Positions 46,366 to 56,312 of a stretch of 64,000 bases of DNA are shown piece after piece. Under the pieces are notes generated by a model that saw only the letters and a program-made list of their open reading frames with translations, did not search any database and had not been told where the DNA came from. The stretch is from the IMG/VR virus record IMGVR_UViG_3300032302_000065, one strand, 5' to 3'. The translations under genes were made by a program, and so were the position numbers. The number at the start of each line of letters is the position of its first letter. Within the stretch, counting starts at the first letter, position 1. This DNA is from a virus. Taxonomy: Duplodnaviria; Caudoviricetes.

Positions 46366-46620
46366 TTAAATCAAATCAATCTGAACTTGCATACCACGGG
46401 TTGTATAACCCAAACCAGTTGGAACCAACTCGTTATCTTTTTTAGCCATGTAACGCATATAAGATAATTTCAACAATGCATCACAAGCGGCGGCGCTATG
46501 GCTAGCAGTAGCAAAAGTACCGCACACACCACCTACAGTAGTGTAGACACCGAACCCATCAAACATCACACGGATTTTTTGTGAATTCTTAAAGCCGTCA
46601 ATAAAAGTCTTAGTACGCAT
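46366..46620 (-). CDS. Hypothetical early protein
   Basis: First ORF after the promoter. Confidence 0.55.
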   Translation of the reverse strand: MRTKTFIDGFKNSQKIRVMFDGFGVYTTVGGVCGTFATASHSAAACDALLKLSYMRYMAKKDNELVPTGLGYTTRGMQVQIDLI

Positions 46621-46656
46621 ATCAAATTTCCTTATTTCTCAATCACTACAGAATCT

Positions 46657-46718
46657 ATTCTACTCTCTTGGGCAGAAAAGTCAACAACTATTTTTCAAGT
46701 TGTTGCTTTTTTGCAACA
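46657..46718 (-). promoter_or_regulatory. Early promoter plus TGTTG-N8-CAACA palindrome
   Basis: TTGACT-16-TAGAAT; palindrome at 46701-46718. Confidence 0.85.
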
Positions 46719-46719
46719 A

Positions 46720-47073
46720 TCACAGATAGTGAGGACCCATCCACTGGATTGAGTATCCACCGTCCAGAATGTTACCACGTGCGGCGTTACGTGCAGGAGC
46801 CGCCCAACCAGCCGCTTTCAGAATGTCACCTTTACGGAATTTCTTGTCCGTATCAGTTTTCACAATGAAACCCCAAACCGAGGAACCAGTAACAATCTTG
46901 ATGTACTTGCTACCTTCATCAATTCGAATTCCGTTGATAAACTCGTCAAGCATCCGTGCTTGGATTTCGGTGCGAGGTTTACCACCAACGTTTTGCCAAC
47001 CTTCGTAATCGGCAACAATGTCATTCTTCAAGGTTTCTAGTGCTTCGTACATCATTTTCATTTCCTTTATCAA
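46720..47073 (-). CDS. Hypothetical phage protein
   Basis: G.KYIKI, GDILKAAGW.APA...RGNI, W.GP.YL. Confidence 0.7.
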   Translation of the reverse strand: MIKEMKMMYEALETLKNDIVADYEGWQNVGGKPRTEIQARMLDEFINGIRIDEGSKYIKIVTGSSVWGFIVKTDTDKKFRKGDILKAAGWAAPARNAARGNILDGGYSIQWMGPHYL

Positions 47074-47202
47074 TTAACCGAGGGTTTTAACAGAACCGCC
47101 AACTGCGGCACCGAACAGAACCATCGCAACAAACAAACCCATCAAAATCGCTAAAACCGTAATCATTTAAATCTCCAATCAATCTCACTCACTACAGAAT
47201 CT

Positions 47203-47283
47203 ATTATACAGGCACTGGTGGGCAAGTCAACGGATATTTTCACTTTGTGCAAAAAAACAACGTTTTGTGGGGAAAAAACAACA
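47203..47283 (-). promoter_or_regulatory. Early promoter plus two degenerate palindromes
   Basis: TTGACT-16-TATAAT; sites at 47245-47262 and 47266-47283. Confidence 0.8.
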
Positions 47284-47291
47284 GCCCTAGA

Positions 47292-47377
47292 ACCGGTTTT
47301 GGGCGGTTTCTAGGGCTGTGGAGAGGTGTCAGTACACTAGACGGCCAAAACCGTCCTAGACGGCGGTTTTAGGCGTC
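47292..47377. repeat. 86-bp phased GC-rich element, copy C
   Basis: Same register as copies A and B; hairpin ACAGCCCTAG/CTAGGGCTGT. Confidence 0.75.
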
Positions 47378-47971
47378 TTCTTCGGCTTCATCCTCGTCCT
47401 GTGGGAGGGTTTCACCTCGTTCTAGTCGGTGGGTGTCGCACAATGTTGAAATCCATCCGTAGTTATTTGAACGACCAGGATTGCCACACTCTTCACATGT
47501 ACGATATGACATGGACTCTGCCATTGAAATCATTGCACCAATGCCTTCGGTATAACCATTAGTGTAGAATCGTAATCCACCAAACTTTTCTTTGACTTGG
47601 CTTGCTGTGACGTATGGCATGTATGGAGGAACTTCTTCATATTCTGCTCTTTCAATTGCTTTGTATGCATACTCAATTCCAAACTTGGTTGGTTCTGTAT
47701 AATCACCAAAACTAAAATGCATTTGAAGTGGACGTACATCTCCATTCAATGCACGTTTCAACGCACGATTAAATCTCAATGCTTTTGCACGTTCTTTACG
47801 TTTTTGATTCACATGATGTTGAATATGCAAACACAATACGTCAATGATGTTGTACCAACCATCACCACATTCAAAACCCCAACACATAGCAGTATGTGTC
47901 ATTGGTGCATGACGATACTTGAAAATCTTTGGGTACTTTGCACATAGTGCTTCATCCAATTCTTGTTTCAT
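47369..47971 (-). CDS. Hypothetical phage protein
   Basis: CGDGW..I, QVKEKFGGLRFY, CE.CG.PG. Confidence 0.7.
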   Translation of the reverse strand: MKQELDEALCAKYPKIFKYRHAPMTHTAMCWGFECGDGWYNIIDVLCLHIQHHVNQKRKERAKALRFNRALKRALNGDVRPLQMHFSFGDYTEPTKFGIEYAYKAIERAEYEEVPPYMPYVTASQVKEKFGGLRFYTNGYTEGIGAMISMAESMSYRTCEECGNPGRSNNYGWISTLCDTHRLERGETLPQDEDEAEEDA

Positions 47972-47987
47972 AATATATTCTCAGGGG

Positions 47988-48176
47988 TTATTTTATTTCG
48001 TCAAATTCTTCAAACTCATCCCAATCATCTTCATTTATATTTTTGGGATCAATAAATTTAGTTTGGTGCTTGAACTTATCTTTTTGCTTTTTCGATTCGT
48101 TCAACTTCGGTTTCCTTACTCTGCCTTCGTCTTCATAGAAGTCACGGAAACTGGAATATTTCTTTGTCTTGGCCAT
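47988..48176 (-). CDS. Hypothetical protein
   Basis: ORF track. Confidence 0.5.
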   Translation of the reverse strand: MAKTKKYSSFRDFYEDEGRVRKPKLNESKKQKDKFKHQTKFIDPKNINEDDWDEFEEFDEIK

Positions 48177-48179
48177 TTG

Positions 48180-48623
48180 TTACTCTGATTCTCCCTGCAA
48201 AATTTCAGGCAACGCTTCTTCGATTAATTTACGATTGATGCCTTTGTAAGTAAGTTTTTTTTCTTTCATCATCAGAACCAATTTGGCTTCTTCTGGTGAA
48301 ACGCTTTCCAGAACCTCAATAAAAATTGATTCACGTTTAATAGGATGCAAATTATTTCCAGTTATGAAATATTGAAACTTTCTCAATTCTCTAGGCAATC
48401 TATTGTGTCCCCAATTTGCTGGAGTCTCCATCTCTTTGTATGGAGGTACACCTTTAGGTAACTCAAACTGTATATTCTTATGAAATGTATATTTAAGAAC
48501 AGTTTTCAACTCTGGTGTCAAATTCGCAATTTGTTTCAATGCACTTGCTTTCTTCGCAACAGGCAAATCTCCGATATGCTGTAGCAACTCAGGCAAAGTC
48601 ATCTTCTCAATATTAATAGCCAT
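48180..48623 (-). CDS. Hypothetical T4-like protein downstream of RNase H
   Basis: LP.G.PPY, KRE..FI..LE...P.EA. Confidence 0.7.
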   Translation of the reverse strand: MAINIEKMTLPELLQHIGDLPVAKKASALKQIANLTPELKTVLKYTFHKNIQFELPKGVPPYKEMETPANWGHNRLPRELRKFQYFITGNNLHPIKRESIFIEVLESVSPEEAKLVLMMKEKKLTYKGINRKLIEEALPEILQGESE

Positions 48624-48624
48624 T

Positions 48625-49491
48625 TTAAAATTCCTGTATATGTTCCATCAACTGCTTCATGCGGTTTTGGATAAAATAGTTAAGTAGTTTTTCCCTACCA
48701 CGTTTAGGGGTATTATCATAAGTCTCAAGAATCTTCTCTTGATACTCAGTTGGAATCTTCGACAGGTCAATCAGCAATTCGTTTCGCTTGTAATTTCTCA
48801 GCATCACTTCATCACAAAAAGACTCAGGTTCTTCTTCTAACCACTTATTTAGTTTTTTCTCAGTTACAGGTTTTTGTCGTGCTTCTACAACAAATGTATC
48901 ATCGGAAGACAGAAAGTTAGGGATTCCATCGCTTCTGTCTCCTTTAAAAATATGTTCTTTTAGGAATTTGTCTGGATCGCTACAGCGCAAGAACTTCTTA
49001 GTCATTGGGCTATACTGTTCTACGTTTGCGAACTTTTGCAATTGCATAAAGTCTTTATCACTAGACAGAATCAGAATCTTTTCGGTAGTGCTGTTCTTAA
49101 GTGGAACGCCAAACTTGTGCGTCAACGTAGCAATAACGTCATCGGCTTCTGTCTTGTCAACTTGAATCACTTTGTACGGAAAGTATTCTTTGATTTCATC
49201 ACGCACTTTGTTTAGCGTTTCAAAAATCATATTCCAATCGAACGGAGATGCCTCTCTGTCTTTCTTACGACCTGCTTTGTAGTAGGGGAAGTAATCACGC
49301 CTCCAATACTTTTTGTCATCGCAACAGATAACAATCTCACCGTACTCATCTTTGAATTTGACATTGTACATACGAATGCTGTTCAGCACCATATGTCGTA
49401 CCATGTTTTCATCAATTGGGTTTGATGCATTTGAATTTATTTGCATCATCAAGTTTGAAATCATTACCTGATTCAAGTCAATCAAAATCAT
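48625..49491 (-). CDS. rnh: RNase H / 5'-3' exonuclease (T4 rnh)
   Basis: WRRDYFPYYKAGR, EADD.IA, SSDKDF.QL, GDRSDGIPN. Confidence 0.95.
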   Translation of the reverse strand: MILIDLNQVMISNLMMQINSNASNPIDENMVRHMVLNSIRMYNVKFKDEYGEIVICCDDKKYWRRDYFPYYKAGRKKDREASPFDWNMIFETLNKVRDEIKEYFPYKVIQVDKTEADDVIATLTHKFGVPLKNSTTEKILILSSDKDFMQLQKFANVEQYSPMTKKFLRCSDPDKFLKEHIFKGDRSDGIPNFLSSDDTFVVEARQKPVTEKKLNKWLEEEPESFCDEVMLRNYKRNELLIDLSKIPTEYQEKILETYDNTPKRGREKLLNYFIQNRMKQLMEHIQEF

Positions 49492-49497
49492 TTTAAG

Positions 49498-50619
49498 TTA
49501 TCCAGTTATTACTCTAACAATAATTGTATCAGAGTTAATTCGTCCTGTCAACTCGGAAGGTTTGGTAGTCAATCCGTCTAACAGTTTTTTCAACACAATT
49601 TTACCACCATCAAGTACTTGCTTAACAGTCACTTCAGGTTTACGCAAACGTTTGCCAGTGGATGTTTCGGTATTGAAGTTTTGAATTGTTGTGCCTTTGA
49701 TTGTCAAACCTTTTGCATTGTCAGCATTGTACATGCCAAGCAATTTTGTTTTGGTATTGTACAACCAGACTTGGTTTGCACCAATAATCTTTTCTGGTAA
49801 AACACTTTTCAAACTCAAGTCCGCAAACTCTTTCATGTATTGCACTTTAGCGGCAATCACGCTTGCAGGTTTCTCTTTTACTTTACGTGCTTTACGTGTA
49901 GGTTTGTTTTCTGCACCACGATTTGTTTCAGCAACAATCGCATCATAAAACTCTTTAACTTTACGCAATTGTACTTTGGTGAAATTGGAGTATGCCTCTT
50001 TCGTATCTGCATCCGTTGCATTCATCACTTCTTCGAATTCTTTAGAACGCTTGATGAATACTTCACACATGCGTTTTTGCACAACGGCAGATAATTCTTT
50101 ACCTTTCAGATATGATTGCATATCTGGTGCAGACTTGCATCCACCAGCAATGAAGTCATCTACAAGTCCTTCGATTTCACCGACTTCTTCAGATGCCTTT
50201 TCACGAATTCTATCTTGAATAGAAACGATTGGTGCGGTCGATGCAACAACAGGTACTTTTGCTTTTTTAGTTTTCTTTGCAGTCTCAACAACATTCTTAA
50301 ATTCTTTGACAAAGAATTTTTTGAATGATTCGGATGGTTCGTAACCCATACACATCATACGTGCTACCCAACCAAGTTGTACTGGAATAGATGCGTCACT
50401 TGATGCGACTAAAGAAATTTCTTCCTTCGGTCGATCAACGCTAGCCATGTATTCGACAACAAACGTTTTTGCTTGTTTGTTGTCACAAAAATAATTATAC
50501 CAATTCAATGCACGAATTTCTTCGCTTCTGAGATTTTGCATCTCGGCTTGATTGGTCCAAGAAGGTTCCATGCCATATGCTTTTGCATCGGCACCAGGAT
50601 TAATCTTGGAAAATTTCAT
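49498..50619 (-). CDS. Hypothetical T4-like protein
   Basis: 373 aa; KGTTI..F, LRKP, GRIN. Confidence 0.7.
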   Translation of the reverse strand: MKFSKINPGADAKAYGMEPSWTNQAEMQNLRSEEIRALNWYNYFCDNKQAKTFVVEYMASVDRPKEEISLVASSDASIPVQLGWVARMMCMGYEPSESFKKFFVKEFKNVVETAKKTKKAKVPVVASTAPIVSIQDRIREKASEEVGEIEGLVDDFIAGGCKSAPDMQSYLKGKELSAVVQKRMCEVFIKRSKEFEEVMNATDADTKEAYSNFTKVQLRKVKEFYDAIVAETNRGAENKPTRKARKVKEKPASVIAAKVQYMKEFADLSLKSVLPEKIIGANQVWLYNTKTKLLGMYNADNAKGLTIKGTTIQNFNTETSTGKRLRKPEVTVKQVLDGGKIVLKKLLDGLTTKPSELTGRINSDTIIVRVITG

Positions 50620-50622
50620 AGT

Positions 50623-50922
50623 TTATTCACCCAATGTAAATGATACAGATTTGATAGAATCGTAGCGGAATGAACGCCATTCGTTTTTCTCTAAGTCAAC
50701 TACAGAAATAGACTCATCGGTTGAAGTTGTGCGAACACGTTCGGTTTTCTTTTCGTATGTTGGAATTGCAGACTCTAACAATGTGCATTTCATGGTACGC
50801 ATTGTGCCGTCTTTCTTTTGGAAATCAACAGTCACAGGACCATATTTGAGATGGCCAACAAGCCAATCACGAAATAGTTTTTGTTCTTTTGGTGTAGTTG
50901 TTGCATAATTAAAAGTTGTCAT
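50623..50922 (-). CDS. SH3-like/WYL_2 beta-barrel protein
   Basis: F.KKDGT.R.M.CTL; DLEK.EWRSFR. Confidence 0.75.
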   Translation of the reverse strand: MTTFNYATTTPKEQKLFRDWLVGHLKYGPVTVDFQKKDGTMRTMKCTLLESAIPTYEKKTERVRTTSTDESISVVDLEKNEWRSFRYDSIKSVSFTLGE

Positions 50923-50966
50923 ATCAAAGTTCTCCATGTTAAAAATATCTTTCATTCAATGTCTCT

Positions 50967-50995
50967 AGTATACCTACAATCCGTTCAGTTGTCAA
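50967..50995 (-). promoter_or_regulatory. Early sigma70-like promoter
   Basis: TTGACA-17-TATACT. Confidence 0.8.
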
Positions 50996-51005
50996 GTTTG
51001 CCATG

Positions 51006-51251
51006 CTAACTCTTTTCTATTCTCAATTCATCATAAAGGTAATCATGCAATTCATTGATACCACCAATATAAGTTAAGTTGTGGTATATGTGAGGAACAA
51101 AAGTAGTTCCTGGAATTAGCTTGTCCAATTGCTCTCTTGTATAGTCTTGTCCCAAGATAAAAAGTTTATATTTTCGTCTACAAACATTTAAAAGCAATTC
51201 CGCTTTTTCGGTAGACTTGCTTCCTATTGCACCATAAACATAGTACGTCAC
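51006..51251 (-). CDS. Glutaredoxin-like protein lacking CxxC
   Basis: VPHIY..YIGG..EL; GSKS at the active-site position. Confidence 0.6.
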   Translation of the reverse strand: MTYYVYGAIGSKSTEKAELLLNVCRRKYKLFILGQDYTREQLDKLIPGTTFVPHIYHNLTYIGGINELHDYLYDELRIEKS

Positions 51252-51643
51252 GGCGCATTGTACACCTGCACAAATTCACTTGGTTCATAATGTAGTATTG
51301 CAGTTTTTAATGTACCCTTAAATTCATATGTAACTTGATAGCCTTTAATTACATCATAGTAATCTTGATGCGTCACAATATTACATACAGGTTTTGAATC
51401 TGTTTCAGTTTTTGCAATTATGGGAGAATTTACAGACGGACCGCTATAGTGCGTAGTTCCATAATATCTCTCACAATAATTTTTAGTTGCCATATATGCT
51501 ACCTTTTCTACTATAGGTTTTTTTGATATAACCTTTGCCATATAGATTCCGCTTTGATTAGAAGAATCTTCGACAAGAACAACGCCTGCTTTTGCAATTG
51601 ATGCAAAAAAAGAAATTGCTATAATACTATGTAGCTTTTTCAT
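51248..51643 (-). CDS. Secreted YcfJ-like protein (paralogue 1)
   Basis: Signal peptide; AKVIS.KPI, GY.VTYEF.G. Confidence 0.55.
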   Translation of the reverse strand: MKKLHSIIAISFFASIAKAGVVLVEDSSNQSGIYMAKVISKKPIVEKVAYMATKNYCERYYGTTHYSGPSVNSPIIAKTETDSKPVCNIVTHQDYYDVIKGYQVTYEFKGTLKTAILHYEPSEFVQVYNAP

Positions 51644-51645
51644 AA

Positions 51646-52164
51646 TTACTGGATTACATATACACTTGTAACTGCTTTAATTCTTACTGTATCTCCGGGA
51701 TCATTTTCCATACGAACTGTTCGTATTTGTCCAAAATATTCAAACGTAACGTCATATCCATTAATGACTTGTTTGTATTCTCTGTCATTATATGGAACAC
51801 AACGTTGAATCATCTTTGATTGTCCAGCACCAACAACACCTCCGGCGACTGCTGGAGATGGAGATAAATCTTCAACTAATGTACATGATTGGCGGATAAC
51901 GCTATAAACTTTTGAGGTTGTGATAGGCTGAATTCGCACAACTCTAGCTAAGTCATATTTTACAAAATTATCACCGCTACCTGTGCTATAGCCACCAGTA
52001 ACTTCTGGAGAAGTATTACGCCCTGATCCATAAAAAGCCTCTGCACTTGAATTTGTCATTACGCAAATACCAAGTAGACTGGCAATTAAAATTTTCACTT
52101 TGAACTCCCAACAGTAGCATTCACTAACGCAGTTAACCAGAATACTGCAAATACAGTTTCCCAT
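51646..52164 (-). CDS. Secreted YcfJ-like protein (paralogue 2; true start probably downstream)
   Basis: ARVVR.QPI, GYDVTFEY.G...RM..DPG. Confidence 0.6.
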   Translation of the reverse strand: MGNCICSILVNCVSECYCWEFKVKILIASLLGICVMTNSSAEAFYGSGRNTSPEVTGGYSTGSGDNFVKYDLARVVRIQPITTSKVYSVIRQSCTLVEDLSPSPAVAGGVVGAGQSKMIQRCVPYNDREYKQVINGYDVTFEYFGQIRTVRMENDPGDTVRIKAVTSVYVIQ

Positions 52165-52319
52165 GTCACAGGAATATTTAATGCGGGAAACAAACTATTG
52201 ATAGCGCATAATGTCACATATGAACCAATCAAATAAAAAGATAGCCAAGCAAATAACGCACCTAGCAAAACGCTCATAGTCATTTTTTCTGGCGCAACAG
52301 TAAACGGTCCAAGTCTCAT
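52095..52319 (-). CDS. Small membrane protein
   Basis: Hydrophobic; AIN.LFP.L.IP.TW.T. Confidence 0.6.
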   Translation of the reverse strand: MRLGPFTVAPEKMTMSVLLGALFAWLSFYLIGSYVTLCAINSLFPALNIPVTWETVFAVFWLTALVNATVGSSK

Positions 52320-52347
52320 ATAAAAACTCCTTTATTGATGTTTATAC

Positions 52348-52376
52348 AGTATAACACAACAGTCATGGCATGTCAA
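52348..52376 (-). promoter_or_regulatory. Early sigma70-like promoter
   Basis: TTGACA-17-TATACT. Confidence 0.8.
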
Positions 52377-52690
52377 AATGTATTTAACGATGGCTCATAT
52401 TCGGCAATCAATTCACGTTCACGCTGGTGTGCGGGTTTACGTCCACGGATCACTTCAATAACTTCATATTGCCAGTTTGCGCCAGCCAACTCACGCAATG
52501 CATTACACATTGCCCAATTTTTGTTTTCGCACTTAGCACGGCTCACATGTTTTTGCCAACGAACTTTAACAGAACGCAAATAGGCTTGACCTTGTGCAAC
52601 AGTCAAGCCAACATATGTATCGCCAGTATCAACGCATGTAACTTTGTACAGTACATGGTTTCTGTCACAACGTTTTTTTCTCATTACCAT
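52373..52690 (-). CDS. GIY-YIG nuclease-like protein
   Basis: LYKVT...YVGLT, RW..H, E..LI....P.LN. Confidence 0.75.
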   Translation of the reverse strand: MVMRKKRCDRNHVLYKVTCVDTGDTYVGLTVAQGQAYLRSVKVRWQKHVSRAKCENKNWAMCNALRELAGANWQYEVIEVIRGRKPAHQRERELIAEYEPSLNTF

Positions 52691-52696
52691 ACTTAC

Positions 52697-52789
52697 AGTA
52701 TAACAAATCCGGAGAATTTGTCAAGGAATATCCACATTGTTGCAAAAAAACAACAAAATCCCCCTATGAAGTGTTGTGTTTTTGACACA
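52697..52789 (-). promoter_or_regulatory. Early promoter plus palindromes
   Basis: TTGACA-16-TATACT; sites at 52738-52755 and 52772-52789. Confidence 0.8.
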
Positions 52790-52847
52790 TTTTTAAGACT
52801 TGGATTACCATAAATAATGTTATCAAGTCCTAGGGAGGATAATAATC

Positions 52848-52997
52848 ATGGATATAGTAGAGATACTTTTAAAAGCATGGCCAGTATTTTTAGCATTTAT
52901 CACTTTAGTCATAGTTTTGGCTAAAATGGACGTGCGAATCGGAGTATTAGAAGAAAAAGTCAAATCATTATTTGATTTACATAACAAAGGAAAATAA
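52848..52997 (+). CDS. 49-aa TM plus coiled-coil protein (not in the ORF track)
   Basis: GGAGG RBS; MDIVEILLKAWPVFLAFITLVIVLAKMDVRIGVLEEKVKSLFDLHNKGK. Confidence 0.7.
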   Translation: MDIVEILLKAWPVFLAFITLVIVLAKMDVRIGVLEEKVKSLFDLHNKGK

Positions 52998-52998
52998 A

Positions 52999-53349
52999 AT
53001 GGCAGAAAAAACAGCAGAACAAGCACATGAAAAAGGTGCGTTTATAGAGAAATTATTATTTGCATTATTACCTCTATTAGTTGGTTCAGTTGGATATTTA
53101 ATTCAAGCATTAGGTGTTATTCAACATGATGTAACCATTCTGAATCAAAAAGTGAGTTTAGTTGTTACTACAGATAACAAGCAGGCTAGCAATAGCGGTG
53201 CTGAATTGGCACGTGAAAAACTACGTCAAGATTTAGAAAAAGAAATTCAAAAGAATCGTGACGCTATTATGGAGAATAGAACACACATTGCTATTCTTGA
53301 AGACAGAGCAGGTGTAACGAAAAAAATTGGACCAATGAAAGAAAACTAA
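52999..53349 (+). CDS. TM plus coiled-coil protein
   Basis: Hydrophobic helix then heptads. Confidence 0.65.
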   Translation: MAEKTAEQAHEKGAFIEKLLFALLPLLVGSVGYLIQALGVIQHDVTILNQKVSLVVTTDNKQASNSGAELAREKLRQDLEKEIQKNRDAIMENRTHIAILEDRAGVTKKIGPMKEN

Positions 53350-53350
53350 A

Positions 53351-53908
53351 ATGGCAGAAGTAGTATTACAACAGAAACCATTGTCACGTAGCGAACGTGA
53401 GGCACATATTAAAGATAAAGCTGGATGGGTAATTACCGTCTTAGCCGCTTTACTTGCAATTAACACTTATATATCAAATGGTAACAGCAGTAAAGTTTTA
53501 AATAACACAATCCGAGCAAATGATACTTGGGCATTTTATCAAGCTAAGAGTATTAAACAAACTCTAGCAGAAATGCGTATGGATGATGCTATTGCACAAA
53601 AAGATTTTAAAAAGGCTGAAGCACTAAAGGCTAAAATTGATAAGTATGAATCTGATCCAACTACGGGTGAAGGTAAAAAAGAATTGTTTATTAAAGCAAA
53701 AGCACTTGAAGCTGAACGTGATGAAATTCGCAAATCAAGTCCTTGGTTAACATTTGCGGGTTCTGCATTTCAAATTGCAATTGTTTTATTAACGGCAAGC
53801 ATTTTAGCAGTCAGCATGTCATTGTATTTCGCTAGTATTGTTGTTGGAATTTTTGCCTCAGTACTAATGAGTCAGGGTCTGTGGCTTTGGCTTCCTATCG
53901 CTTTGTAA
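53351..53908 (+). CDS. DUF4337-like membrane protein
   Basis: AND.WA.YQAKSIKQ; FQIAIVL..ASIL. Confidence 0.75.
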   Translation: MAEVVLQQKPLSRSEREAHIKDKAGWVITVLAALLAINTYISNGNSSKVLNNTIRANDTWAFYQAKSIKQTLAEMRMDDAIAQKDFKKAEALKAKIDKYESDPTTGEGKKELFIKAKALEAERDEIRKSSPWLTFAGSAFQIAIVLLTASILAVSMSLYFASIVVGIFASVLMSQGLWLWLPIAL

Positions 53909-54119
53909 AGTACATATCAATTACATTATGTTTTGTTATTTTAACTGGAAGTGCTGAGATAAAAGAAAGTCCTAAAAAACAGGATGAAGTAAAAACCTGC
54001 ACCAAATGGAAATGGGCAGGTGATGTTTTTAATCGAACAGTCTGGTGTGTGGAATGGACCATAAAAAATTGTTCTCAGAGATTGCATAAAGAAATATGTA
54101 AAACTGGTGGTTAATAATC

Positions 54120-54737
54120 ATGGACCCAATTACAATCGGACTTGCATTCTCAGCCGCACAGAGTGCAGTCAGTCATATCAAGCAGGCAATCGCATTAGGC
54201 AAAGACGTTAATAGTCTTGTCGGGCAATTCAGCAAATTCTTTGAATCGTCAGATGCTATTCATCGTGAAAAAACAAAACAAAGAGCAAAGGCGCAAAGCC
54301 TAGGTAAAACTGATGCTGAGTTAGGTAAAGAAGCACTTCAAATTGCTATGCATAGTGATGCATTACGTGAGCAAGAACGTGAACTTAAGGATATGATTAT
54401 CTGGGAATTGGGTAAACCTCAAATTTGGGAACAGATGATTAAAGAGCGCACACGTTTATTTAAAGAACGTGCAGAAGCAGAAGCGGTCGCTGAGAAAAAA
54501 AGATTAGAGGATAAAAAGAAAATGGCAGACATGTTTATGTTTGCAATGTATTTCATTGCAGGATCAATTATTTTATTTGCAATTGCCATGGGCGGAATTG
54601 GTTTATACGGAGCAATGGAAGAAAAAAGAATCTATGAAGAAAAAGTTGCTAAACGAAATTTACTTATACGACAGCAACAAAAAGAACGTGATACGAAAGA
54701 GCGTGAAGCAAGAGATAAAGCAATTGGAGGAGGCTAA
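54120..54737 (+). CDS. Hypothetical membrane coiled-coil protein
   Basis: MDPIT... N-terminus; C-terminal TM. Confidence 0.65.
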   Translation: MDPITIGLAFSAAQSAVSHIKQAIALGKDVNSLVGQFSKFFESSDAIHREKTKQRAKAQSLGKTDAELGKEALQIAMHSDALREQERELKDMIIWELGKPQIWEQMIKERTRLFKERAEAEAVAEKKRLEDKKKMADMFMFAMYFIAGSIILFAIAMGGIGLYGAMEEKRIYEEKVAKRNLLIRQQQKERDTKEREARDKAIGGG

Positions 54738-54850
54738 CTTATGTACTTTAATATAATTATTACATTTAACGATTTATTATTTTTATTCTGTATGACTCCG
54801 TTACTTGCTGTCTTTTGGGTTATGTTTAAAGATTGGTTAAAGGATAGAAA

Positions 54851-55615
54851 ATGAAAACATATCGTTCTATTTTTGTGAGTGATGTACATTTAGGTACCAA
54901 AGATAGTCAGGCTGATAAGTTAAATAACTTTTTAAAGCATAACAGTTGTGACACACTATATCTAGTGGGTGATATTATTGATGCATGGCGCATACAACAA
55001 AACAAATGGCGATGGAAACAAAGCCACACTAATGTGGTACGTAGAGTATTGGGTCACGCAAAACGTGGCACTAGAGTTGTTTATATAGCAGGGAATCACG
55101 ATGAGTTTCTTAGACCCATGATACCATATGGTTTTAGTTTTGGTCTTATCGAAATTCACAATCAAATAGAACATATAGGTGCAGATGGCAAACACTATTT
55201 AGTTACACATGGTGACTTGTTTGATGGCATTACTAGACTTGCACCATGGTTGAGTTTTTTAGGAGATAAAGCATATGATTTCATTCTTTCGCTCAATAGC
55301 AAGTTCAATTGGATACGTCATCGTTTTGGTTTTGGGTATTTTAGTCTTAGTCAATATCTCAAACATAGAGTAAAAAAGGCTGTAGATTTTATATTTCAAT
55401 TTGAAAAAAATCTAGCCGCTTACTGTATCAAACGAGGTTTTGATGGGGTAATATGCGGACACATACACCACGCAGAGATTAAAGAAATCAATGGTGTTAT
55501 GTATATGAATGATGGCGATTGGGTTGAAAGTTGTACAGCACTTGTAGAACATCATGACGGCCGCTGGGAAATTATAACTTGGACTAAGGAGAAAGACAAT
55601 GATGAAACTATGTGA
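54851..55615 (+). CDS. LpxH-like UDP-2,3-diacylglucosamine hydrolase (metallophosphoesterase)
   Basis: SDVHLG, VGDIID.W, GNHD, HGDLFD, CGHIH, NDGDWVES. Confidence 0.85.
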   Translation: MKTYRSIFVSDVHLGTKDSQADKLNNFLKHNSCDTLYLVGDIIDAWRIQQNKWRWKQSHTNVVRRVLGHAKRGTRVVYIAGNHDEFLRPMIPYGFSFGLIEIHNQIEHIGADGKHYLVTHGDLFDGITRLAPWLSFLGDKAYDFILSLNSKFNWIRHRFGFGYFSLSQYLKHRVKKAVDFIFQFEKNLAAYCIKRGFDGVICGHIHHAEIKEINGVMYMNDGDWVESCTALVEHHDGRWEIITWTKEKDNDETM

Positions 55616-56312
55616 TAAAATCACTATTGTTGTGCCTTGTAAAAATGAAGAAAATTATATTCATCATCTACTAGATTCACTACGCTCACAAAACATAGGC
55701 GACACTAGAGTAATCATTGCCGACTGTTCAACCGATGCCACTAGACAAGTTATTAAGAATAACAGTATTGGACTGAATGTCGAAATTATTGATGGTGGTC
55801 CAGTATCTATTGCTAAGAACAACGGAGCAAAACTAGTCACTACTCCGTACATTCTGTTTATCGATGCTGATGTTAGATTCTTTAAAGATACAGTTATTAG
55901 AGATGCTGTCAACAAGATGGAATTAAAGAAACTGCATCTTGTTGGACTAAACATTAAATGTTACGACAAAGACATACGAGCAAAGATTGGATTTACAGCA
56001 TTTAATGTAATCAATCACACACTAAAATTCTTTAGCCCATTTGCTGTAGGTGCATTCATGCTGACACGTAAAGATAAGTTTGAAGAGTATGGTGGGTTTC
56101 CCGAAAACTTATTAACATCTGAAGACTACTTTTTATCTAAGAAATATAGTCCTAGAAAATTTAAGATTATTCGACATCACTTTGGACAAGATAGCCGTAG
56201 ATTTAAAAAGATGGGCTACTTAGGTATGGGCAAATATCTTGTTAAAAATTTTGTCAATCGCAATAACAAAAAATATTGGGAAAGTTTATACCATAATAGA
56301 TACTGGAATTAA
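55599..56312 (+). CDS. Glycosyltransferase family 2
   Basis: VVP.KNEE, D.STD.T, LFIDAD, SED. Confidence 0.9.
   Translation: MMKLCDKITIVVPCKNEENYIHHLLDSLRSQNIGDTRVIIADCSTDATRQVIKNNSIGLNVEIIDGGPVSIAKNNGAKLVTTPYILFIDADVRFFKDTVIRDAVNKMELKKLHLVGLNIKCYDKDIRAKIGFTAFNVINHTLKFFSPFAVGAFMLTRKDKFEEYGGFPENLLTSEDYFLSKKYSPRKFKIIRHHFGQDSRRFKKMGYLGMGKYLVKNFVNRNNKKYWESLYHNRYWN

Noticed and set aside
52373-52690. GIY-YIG gene as an intron-encoded homing endonuclease
   Set aside because: Free-standing with its own promoter, no interrupted host gene, and too short for a DNA-binding domain
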